DNA of 63,825 nucleotides, the filler included, from Choristocarpus tenellus KU-1152 (taxonomy: Eukaryota > Protista > Phaeophyceae): assembly GCA_964200185.2 (NCBI GenBank). It is 12 parts of 12 records of this genome, joined end to end, with 100 filler letters (N's around TTAATTAATTAA, not from the genome) between each part and the next. Parts side by side here need not be neighbours in the genome. Positions count along the whole stretch, not along the records: positions 1 to 7,987 come from CAXNAD020005302.1; positions 8,088 to 13,615 come from CAXNAD020010515.1; 10 more parts are not named here. One strand, 5' to 3'. Numbering within the stretch: position 1 is the stretch's first letter; every line of letters starts with the position of its first letter. Positions 1-9,104 of this stretch are shown piece by piece. The notes under the pieces are model-generated. The model did no database searches. It was not told the origin of the DNA and worked only from the letters and a program-made list of their open reading frames with translations. A program made the position numbers and the translations under genes.

Positions 1-243
1 TTTTTTTCCTTTTTTTTTTTTTTTTGGGGTTGGTGTTGCCTTGAATTTTTTTATAAAAAAATTTAAGTTTTTTTTTTTTTTTTTTTTTTTTGGGGGGGGG
101 GGGTTCTACTTGTGTACATCGGGGAGAGGCGCCGCCTGCTGACGGGAACACCGGTTTTGGTTCTGTTGCTGTCTTGTCATGTCATGTCTTGTCTTGTCTT
201 GTCTTGTCTTCACTATGTTTCCTTCCATTGGTGTATGTACCAG

Positions 244-437
244 GTGACCATCGCCAAGGATGGGGTCCCTACCTTCTATGTGAAGATGCTCGCTCAGCTG
301 GAGGACTTTCTGACGGCTGCACTCAAGGACAAGCCGGCCATCAAGAAGATGAGCGCCACCAACACTCGTTCCCTGAACAGGATGAAGCTGAGGCTGCGCA
401 AGCATAACAAGGGGTGGGTTTTGAGTTGGGTGAGGGT

Positions 438-471
<34 letters not shown>

Positions 472-3400
472 GTGTGTTTGTGTGTGTGTGTTTGTGTGTG
501 TGTATGTGGTTTGGAGTGAGGTGATAGGGTGGATGGGAAGGTTAGGGTTTCCTTGCGTTTGTGGATTAGATTACGAGATGAAATAACTGCCCCTCGAAGG
601 ATTAGGTTACTGCTGGAGTGTGTTGTGAGTGTGATGAGATTTATTTGTTGTGGAGTGTTTTTATTTATTATGTCTCAATGTCTGTACGTCCTAATTGCAT
701 AGTGTTCAATAGTGAGTGCATTTTCTTGATCGACACATGGAGTAACCTTAACCCCAAGTGTTGTACAGTGACTGTGCTGCACACAATACTATCAATACAT
801 GATGAGTACGGTAGATATCGCCCTCCAAGACACATAAGAAACCTTCATCAGCTGAGCTTCTTACACCACTCTCCCTCCCGTTTGAATTGTGCTGTGGTAG
901 ATATGAAAAGGAGCTAGCAGATTATCGTTCAAACCCCTCTGGCTATGCAGAAGAGAGCAGTGATGGATCTTCTCAATCGGAGTCAGATCGATCTGACTCG
1001 GAGGATTCTGATTCTGCTGATGGGAGTGCATCTAGTGATGATGATGACTCTTCAGATGATGAGGATAGTGATGAGGATAGTGATGACGATTCCAGCGAAG
1101 AAGATACTAAAAAGCCCAAGAAGCCGCAGAGGGTGAGATAATATGGTTTGAGATGGGGCTTTGATCGAAGTGGAGATTGAGGGTGGAGGGTGGGTGGGGG
1201 TGGGAGAGAGATTTCTGGGAAGAGTTTGGAGTAGAGGGTACAAGGTGAGAGTTTTTGTGAAATAGTTCGGGATGGTGTAAGTACATTAGGATGGAGACTA
1301 GGCAAAGGTTCATATATTTGTTTTATTTGTGGGTTATCTATCTATAGCAGAAACCATGTGGTAGAACTTATGCATGTGCACTTAAATTTAAACACCTCGC
1401 CTCTAATGTAGTCATTTTGATTACATCCACCTATTTTGTTGTGGGCTGAGGTGAAGAGACGATTTAGAGATCGTGCCAGCTACTCTTGGATTGGTTTGTA
1501 CAAAGCACCCTCTAGTATCCGCAGAGTAAGCATCTCCCTCCGAATTTTTCCAGTTCCTTTTTGCTCTTAATGTACAGGACCTTGAGATGTGGTGTACATC
1601 TTGCTCTCCCTTCCTCTACAAGAGCCCTTGCTAGTGAAACAGTCCCCCCCAAGGTTGTATGGCAGTGATGAAAAGCTAATTCCTCGTTTCCGACACTCTC
1701 CGCTGAACAAGTGAAGAGCAGTGTGTGAGACCAAAATTTGCTTATCCGGCACCTCTGAGCCACAGCCACAGCTCCCATTGTACTGAGTCCCCGCAAGCAT
1801 TCCTCTACAGACAAGTGCTGATGTAACCTCTTGCCACAAGAGCCGTTTTGATTTGTTCTCAGTAGATGTGGAAGTTGGCCTAGTTTTTGTGTGAATGGTG
1901 GGTTGGGAAGGTGTAACTGTAGTGGTGCACGTGGTGTGTTGTTGCTATGTGGCTAAAAAATAAATTTCTGTGTGGTAACTACTCCAATTCAAGGTTCACA
2001 TCAGCCTAAGTGTCTTGACTTCTACATAGGAGGGATGTAGCTGACTGCGTTTTTGCAGTTCTTCGATTAGTTTTGTTAGTTGATTTTAGGTTGGATGATG
2101 CAGTAGCAGTGCCTCTCTAGTATGGATACGGATATATATATATATATACACCGGGGTTGCTCCTATTGATTAAATATTACATGCCTTTTCCTCCAGTTTG
2201 CAGTGTACAGCTCTGAAGTATAAACTACTGTTGGAAACATACATGTGTGTGTGTGTGTGTATATACAAACATCGAGGGCGGTAATGTTTCATGACATGTT
2301 TAGTGAAAGAGCCTATCTTTTTTGTTCTGCTGACGAGAGCAGTCGTAGATGCGTGGCAGTGATGAAAAGCTAATTCCTCGTTTCCGACACCTCATGCTGA
2401 ATAAGCGATGGGTGAGTGAGACCAAATTTTGCTAATCCAGCACATCTGAGTCACGGCATTTCCTCGTGTTTGTACTCCCATCCCCCCACCCCACCCCCCC
2501 GCGAAAACCAACTTGTTGGCGTAGTTGCTTCATGAGATGACTGTGTTCGTTTGTCCTGAAGGGAACAACGACTAGATGAGCCCCGGGGCTATGATGTAAG
2601 GCGGATGGGGCTATGATGTAAGGTGGATGCGTTCAATTGTTTTACTCGAAGGAGTACCTTTAGTTTTTGTACAGTACTGTTTTTACAGTAGTGTACGGGA
2701 TGTAACAGGTAGATGTAACAGGTAGATGTAACAGGTAGATGTTACATATTCTCGATGTATAGATGAATGTATGATGGTATTGGACTCAAATCGGATTCAA
2801 TACACGCGCATAGCTTTTGTTCTTTTTTGGTTGTTGTTGTTGTTGTTGTTGTTGTAAGAAGAGCGTCTGTTGCTATTTTTATTTTATTTGTTTGATGTGT
2901 GCGTGGAGGTCGAATATTTTTATTTTTTAATATTGTGTTTGAAGTCTTTGTTATTGACACTTGATAATACAGCGTTTGAAGTCTTTGTTACTGACACTTG
3001 ATAATACAGCGTTTGAAGTCTTTGTTATTGACACTTAACAATACAGCGTTTGAAGTCTTTGTTATTGACACTTAATAATACAGCCGCAGGAGTTGGTGGT
3101 GTGTCAGTCAGAATGTTTCGTTTTTGCTGACACCTCTGACTGAGCCTTCAATAGATATTTTTATTCAGTCAAGGGGAAGCAGCAACTGCACCTCCCACTA
3201 GTCTGCCTCTTCTCCTTTGTCTCCTGTCCTACCCTGCTGCCCCCCTTGGTCCTGTTGGTGCTTGAGGTCCAGCCTTTGTTGAAAACCCTTATTGGTTGTT
3301 GGGAGGAATTGTCAATTGATGGGAGGGTGATTTTACTGCAGGTGGTTTGTGTGTACTTTTGAAGTCACAGAAATTTTTCTTTCTTGTAAATGCGAGTGTA

Positions 3401-6400
3401 AAGGTGAGCTGAGGGAGATGTATGGTTTGTCCTGTGCCTCTCTCATTTGTGTGCATTGTTTTTCTTTTAGGTTTGCAGTATTTTTTTTAAAATAAGAACA
3501 TCTGTTAACGGTTTTTATTTTATGTGGGTCCATTCCCCCCATCTCTCTTCCTGGCTGCCTTGGGTGATCCAACTGTTCTACTGGGGACGTTAACTGCGAT
3601 CTCAAGCAGTGCGTGTAATTCTGTGATTTTTTTTATAGCCCGAGGGGGAGAAAAGAAGCTCAGCTTTGTAAAAATCTGAGATGGAAGGATTTATTAAGGC
3701 ACAGTGTAGGATGTAATGATATTTAGTATAGTGTTAATATCAGTATTGGATTAATGTAATGCTTTCAATCCGTCAAGAAGAGGCCTTTGTTGCGGTTTGT
3801 GTAGTGGATTAGTTGCTGATTGGTATTAGACTAAGGTTGGTTGACTTACAAGATGGCCTTGTGACGCTGTTGCGTCCTCTCCCCAAACCCGTACCCTTTT
3901 TACGACTGTAGGTGGTTTTTGTCAGTTGTACTTTTTTTCCCTTCCAATTGTACCTGAATGTTGTCAATTATACTTGTCTCTATTCGACTGTACTTGATTC
4001 TTGTTTGTTCTTTACTTCTGTGCAGAATCTGGAGGACATGGACTCCGACGAATGGCCCTCTGGGTCAGAGTCAGAAAGTGACAGTGATGACAGTGATGAT
4101 GATGGTGACATGCCCAAGGGACGTGCACGGTGGTTGAAGAGGACTGTTGATGATGGAAAAAAGAAGAAGAAGGAAGAGAAGAGGGCCAACAAGGTTGGTG
4201 AATGAAGGAAGTCCTTGATTGATGACCATGGGCATGATGGTGTGGAGTGTGGTGCAGTTGATAGATTTGAGATGGTTGATGGTTGATGGTTGATGATCTT
4301 CTTTCTTCCGGGTTTGAATAGTTTATTCTGCTGTGTTTTTTTTTTCATTGATTGGTGTTTGTAGGTGTAGTGATATGGCGTTTTGATAAATGTTTTTGTG
4401 TTGCGTAGAAATGTTTTTCAAAACGTGTTTTTTAGACGACATTGTTTTATGAATTGATGTGTGTGTGTGTGTGTGTGTGTGTGTCTTAGTTGAAATAGTA
4501 TGTGTGTTTGAGGATGAAAATCTCTTTGTGTTCGAGGCAGGCGGAAGAGGGCAAGAAAGGAAAAAAAGAGAAGGTGATTGAGATCAAGGGGAAGGACAAG
4601 GGTGCCCCGCCAAAGCTGGACTTGTCTATGTCACTTGAGGAGTTGGACAAGAGACTCCGGGAATGCTTGGCGAGCAGGGGGCGCAAGGCCACTGACCCAA
4701 AGGCAAGGCTGTTCCTCATTAGTTGTAGATCAAATTTTGATGGAAGGTTGTGCATTTTTTATTTCTAGCATTTAATGTGTGATTAACATGATTAATAGTG
4801 TTAACTTTGTGTTTCTTGGGGGATGGATGGGGAGGGGGGATTAAGGAGGCAAGCGTAGTTGCTTCTGCAGTCTCTTGGGAGGGAGTGGATGTTACCTACA
4901 CATTAGTTTTGGTTGTGGTTTGTGCTTACAGTGTGTCAGATGTGTGTGATTGCTTTCAAGTGGTTTAGTTTTTGTTGTTTGGATAGGTTGGAATCGATGC
5001 AATCTATGGGTGCTTTTCTTGGCCTCTTGTCCTTGTGATCTTCTGCATTCATCAATTGAAATGCAGGCTGATATTTGATCCATCTCTTCATTTTTTGGTA
5101 TTAAATTGTGTTGAATGCGTTTATAGTTTGAAATAGAAGAGAGTGTTTTTAGGTGTTGATGTGCACAACCGAATGCTTCTGTTTCCTCTGTACTGTTACT
5201 GGTAGTACTTTTTTTTATTTTTTTTGTTGGATATTGAATGAGAAAAAAAATGAGAAAAAGAATGGGAGAGAGAGAGAGAGAGAGAGAGTGAGAGGTTTGC
5301 AATGCATGTGTTGTACCTGTTGGTCTAAATGGTGTACCAACGCAAACTATTTTGGAAGTCAACAAAGAAGTGAAAGCTATGAGCTAGTAAGAAGATCGAT
5401 GTTTCTCTACTTTGTTTCTTATTATTATATTCCTCTTGATTTTTTTTTTTGTGCTTTTGACAATGGCAACTGCAGGATGTGATGCGCCAGCTGAGTGCCC
5501 TTGCCTACATCAGTCGAAGATATGGTGCCATCTGTGAGATCCCGATTATGATGCACCTCATGTCGGCCATGTTTGACACACTGAGGAACATTGATGAATA
5601 CATGGATACGTCCATGTGGAAGAGTTGCAGGGGCTACATTGACAGGGTGATTTAAATATTTATGTCTGCAAGGATATGCGTATGTAGAATAAAATAGACA
5701 GGCGACAAGGGAATTAGATGGGGGGCGGGGGGGGGGTGGGGTGGGGTAGGGAGGGGGTGTTGGGAAAACCTGTTGGTGATGCTGTTACTGCTGGTTGATT
5801 GGGTAAGGTGTTGTGGGTGTGGTGAATAGATTTGTGATTTGGGTTGTGTATTGGGTAGGAAGGGGAGTGGTGCAATGAAGGACGGGGTATAACAGTAGCT
5901 CTTGTGCTGGTTCAGTTTGTGACAACATTATATATATTTTTTCTGTTAGAGTATGTGAAGGTTTATTTGATGGATGGTTATAGGGTTTGGATATGGTAAT
6001 GGTGTGAACTTGACCTTTTCTTGTTGAGAAAGAGTGCCTTGATAGGGGGGGGGGGGAGAGGGGCAGGGTGATACATATTACATACATAGTATTTGGAGAC
6101 GTTGCGATGGTGTTCAGAATTTTTTAATTTTTTAATTTTTTTTAATTTAAAATTTTGTTGTGATGAGAGAGTTCTTGGTGTGTTGCTTGTTTTGCTGCTG
6201 ACCCCGCCGTTTGTGTTGATGGGATTGTTGGGTGATGAATGTAATTGGGAGGAAGGTGGCCTCGCTGCTGGAGGATCACCCAGATCTTACTCTGGGGCAG
6301 CTGGGTAATGAGGATAGGGCTGATATTGTGCTGTCGGTGGGGGGTGATGTTCGTGACTTGGATGTCAATGAGGTCTTTGAGGAGGTCAAGCGCACCGGTG

Positions 6401-7629
6401 TGCTGAAGGTATGTATCTGGTTGAACATGCTGTGTGTTTGTGGTGTGTAGTTGAGATGGCATGATTAATGCTTTAATGTTTATGAATGTGGGTATGTTTT
6501 TCTGAGAAGAGGTTGAACTGGACTCTTGGTGTGTTTATTATTCTGCTGTTTGGGCTTTAAAAAAAAAATGAGTGGGAAATAAAGATGGACTGTAGCTCTG
6601 ATGATTTGTTGTTATATAGAGTAGATGGTATAGGTAATGGTGTAATGATGGATATTTTTGTTATACTTTTTATTTATTTATCAGGTGGTTGGGTCGCTCT
6701 CGGTGTACATGACCCGACTTGGAGAGGAGTACACCAAGTCGTTGCAAAAGATCAATCCTCATACACAGGTGAGAAACAAACAAATAATATCGTTTTGTAG
6801 AGCTCTGTTGTTGTCTGAATCGTCGACTTCTTTTATTAGTGATGGCTTTCTATTACAAGCACATGCAGCAGATAGGAGCTAGCTCTCTTTTTGAAGGGTT
6901 CTCCTCGGAGGTTGTAGCATACTGTTGTGTTCCTGAGATCAGAGTGTTTATTTTGCATCTATGTATTTTAGTTGGAGTTTCTATTGGTATGATCGGGTTG
7001 AAGAGGTGCGATGAAACTGTCTAGAGGTATGGTTAGGAAAAAAATGTATGTTGTAACTGTCTAAAGGTATGGTTAGGAAAAATATGTATATTGTAACTAT
7101 CTAGAGGTATTGTCAGGAAAAGAATAGTCTATTGTAACCGTCTAGAGGCATGGTCAGGAAAAAAGGTATTGTGTAACTGTCTAGAGGTATGGCCTGGAAA
7201 AAAAGGTATAGTGTAACTGTCATAGTTAGGTGGACAAATGAACAAGTCAGTCTCTCCTTCATCGGTATGAAATTGCCCCCTGTCACAAACGTACATTTTC
7301 AAACAAAATTCAATGTGTTGTCAGAAGTGGAGTACATGATTATAGTACATGATTCTTTTGCCCAATCCTTTTCTCGCCTTGTTCAATGACACTCAATAAA
7401 TCATGTCTGTAAGTCTTAAAACAGGTGCTTATTCCCCTACCCCATCCCCTTCCCATTTCAAATGGGATAACTCTGGTTCTTGAAAAATTCATACGTGCGT
7501 CTGTTTTACAAGGAATACATTCACCGCCTCAAGGATGAGTCTGTTGTAGTGGAACTGGCTGCTAAGGTACAGACATACTATGAGCGACAGGGAGAGATGT
7601 CTATCACTGCTGACCTTGCTCTGCTACAG
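244..7629 (+). CDS. eIF3c: Eukaryotic translation initiation factor 3 subunit C, partial (N-terminal half), 8 exons
   Basis: Phase-compatible exons 244-413, 901-1132, 4026-4193, 4541-4702, 5476-5646, 6256-6408, 6685-6768 and 7513-7629. The spliced protein reads GVPTFYVKMLAQLEDFL..KKMSATNTRSLNRMKLRLRKHN, acidic/Ser tract, DSDEW, RGRKATDPK-DVMRQL, SAMFD..YMDTSMWKSC, VVGSLSVYMTRLGEEYTKSLQKINPHTQEYIHRLKDE. These match the recalled eIF3c/NIP1 motifs. The gene is truncated by the contig ends. Confidence 0.93.
1441..1601 (+). ncRNA. Candidate intronic box H/ACA snoRNA (two guide pockets)
   Basis: Hairpin, H box AGAGTA (1523-1528), hairpin, then ACA (1596-1598) followed by 3 nt. Pocket 1 CTGA/CCTCTAG fits LSU CUAGAGG-UG-UCAG. 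Pocket 2 CCCTCC/TTGA fits SSU UCAA-UU-GGAGGG. Both pocket tops lie 14 nt from the H or ACA box. The upper stems are weak. Confidence 0.5.
1660..1762 (+). ncRNA. Intronic box C/D snoRNA, copy 1 (predicted guide for the 18S G equivalent to yeast Gm1572, snR57-like)
   Basis: C box GTGATGA 1665-1671, guide AATTCCTCGTT 1678-1688 (antisense to conserved 18S AACGAGGAAUU), D' CCGA 1690-1693, internal hairpin, C'-like GTGAGA, D box CTGA 1755-1758, terminal stem TGGC/GCCA. Confidence 0.85.
2352..2455 (+). ncRNA. Intronic box C/D snoRNA, copy 2 (paralog of copy 1)
   Basis: C box 2359-2365, identical guide 2372-2382, D' CCGA 2384-2387, D box CTGA 2446-2449, terminal stem CGTGGC/GTCACG. The flanks are unrelated to those of copy 1. 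Confidence 0.85.
2938..3084. repeat. Intronic tandem repeat, about 37-bp unit x4
   Basis: TTTGAAGTCTTTGTTATTGACACTTGATAATACAGCG repeated with few substitutions. Confidence 0.9.
7015..7221. repeat. Intronic tandem repeat, about 40-bp unit x5
   Basis: AACTGTCTAGAGGTATGGTTAGGAAAAAA..TGT repeated. Confidence 0.9.
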
Positions 7630-7987
7630 GTGATTTCTTAATTTTTTTCTTCTCAGTTGCTCTTGTCTTGTCACCAAACACGTTTTCTCACAGTGGAGAC
7701 TCGAGTGCTTTTTTCCCCTCACTTTACGCATCTCAACAGCTTGGCCAGGGGTTTACAACTTGGACAGTTTGTATCTAAAGTCTCCATACACAGATTTATA
7801 TATGTATATATATATATTGGGGGTGTTGAGGGAGGCAGGGTTGTGCACCTGTGATGGTTTCATTGTTGTGATGAACCAAATTATGATCTTGTTTTCACTC
7901 TCCAAATTGAACCTCCCCCCGCCCCCACCCCCCCCCCCCGCCCCCCCCCCCTGTCCGCTTTTTCCCAAGAAACATTTGTAATATTTT

Positions 7988-8087
7988 NNNNNNNNNNNNN
8001 NNNNNNNNNNNNNNNNNNNNNNNNNNNNNNNTTAATTAATTAANNNNNNNNNNNNNNNNNNNNNNNNNNNNNNNNNNNNNNNNNNNN
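7988..8087. other. Artificial contig spacer (first of 11)
   Basis: N44-TTAATTAATTAA-N44 with stops in six frames. The same spacer occurs at 13616, 17262, 23444, 28948, 32985, 36748, 40967, 46579, 55432 and 58660. Confidence 0.97.
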
Positions 8088-8945
8088 ACGGTTTTTGAAG
8101 AAGTGCGGGATGCAAAGCTTCCATCCAATCGAGCTACCCTCCAGATGCTAGGACGGAAGGCGAGAGATGAGCTCCTCAGCAGTGCGAAGTCCAATGAAGA
8201 ACGCCAGCGGCTCAGCGAATTCAACGCAAGCGAACACTGGGTAACAAATTTTGTCATCCGCAACAATCTCAAAAGTGTGCTATGCTACTCCACGGTGAAG
8301 AAGCTATTGCAGATGGAATGGCAACTGTCCGTAAAGAGTGCGAAAATCAAAAATGGAATGGATCAAGGCCAACTGGAGGAAACAAACAGTCTAGAGTGAC
8401 ATTCGTCGTTTCTTTTGATGTGCTTGGCATGTACTTTCGTCTTGGGGTTGCGTAACAGTAAGATTACGCCAGGAGAGCGACAATATGTTTTTGAAAGACT
8501 GAAGACACTCTGAGGTAGAAGGTATATACAGTATTCTCTTTCCTTATGGCGAGGCGGGAGATACGCATTAACACATAAACATCATGAAAAAAAAGCGCTC
8601 GTAATCGTTTCCATCCTATTATCCCTGAAGCTTATGATTCATTTTCCAGCTCATCACGATTAATTAGTCTCTTCGACGATTGATTTCCCAGCTCACCACG
8701 ATTAATTAGTTGATTCCACGATTGATTTTCCAGGTCGTCACGATTAATTAATTAGTCGATTCGACAATTGAGCTCCCAACTCACCACGATTAATTAGTTG
8801 CTTCGACGATTGATTTCCCAGCTCACCATGCTTAATTAATCGATTCCACGATTGATTTCCCAGGAATGCGAGTTTGTACCACATCAATTTTGTTCCGCTT
8901 TTTTCGGGCATGCCTATGGGTGAACAAAATCGGGGCATCTACTTT
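8088..8945 (+). mobile_element. Decayed pogo/Tigger-like (Tc1/mariner) element: CENP-B-type HTH fragment, subterminal repeats and right end
   Basis: ORF 8103 contains FNASEHWVTNFVIRNNL (CENP-B/Tc5 HTH motif F.AS..W...F..R..L). An about 42-bp tandem array spans 8640-8862. The end AAAATCGGGGCATCTACT resembles the end of the element at 33085-33371. Segment 8446-8510 recurs at 13716-13780. Confidence 0.6.
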
Positions 8946-9104
8946 ATAAAGGTATGAAGTCTTATTTTAACCTTAACACAAAATGTCTTGAATTAAAAAT
9001 GGAAGGCGGGATAATTCCGTTTGGTACCGCCTTCTACTTCTTGAAGAGAACACTTTGGAAAGGATACTCCCTTGAGTGTCGCTACAAAGTTGAATGAAAG
9101 AGAG

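Noticed and set aside
799-855. Possible C/D snoRNA (ATGATGA...GCCCTCCAA...CTGA) with a partial match to 18S UUGGAGGGC
   Set aside because: Only about 57 nt, no terminal stem, a short mismatched guide and a non-canonical D'. The CTGA is plausibly the branch point. At best a decayed copy.
1351-1357. AAACCAT resembling the U17/snR30 m2 motif
   Set aside because: No m1 motif (ATATTCCTA) and no H/ACA frame around it.
1733-1754. Second (D-box) guide in the C/D snoRNAs, with partial U6 complementarity (TGCTAATC) in copy 2
   Set aside because: It differs between the two copies at several positions, and the U6-like match is short and not adjacent to the D box.
3553-3612. Intronic hairpin CTGCCTTGGG...CTCAAGCAG
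   Set aside because: No H, ACA or C/D boxes in the expected positions.
7988-8087. Recurrent TTAATTAATTAA motif flanked by Ns
   Set aside because: Artificial six-frame-stop linker between contigs. Not biological, and adjacency across it is meaningless.
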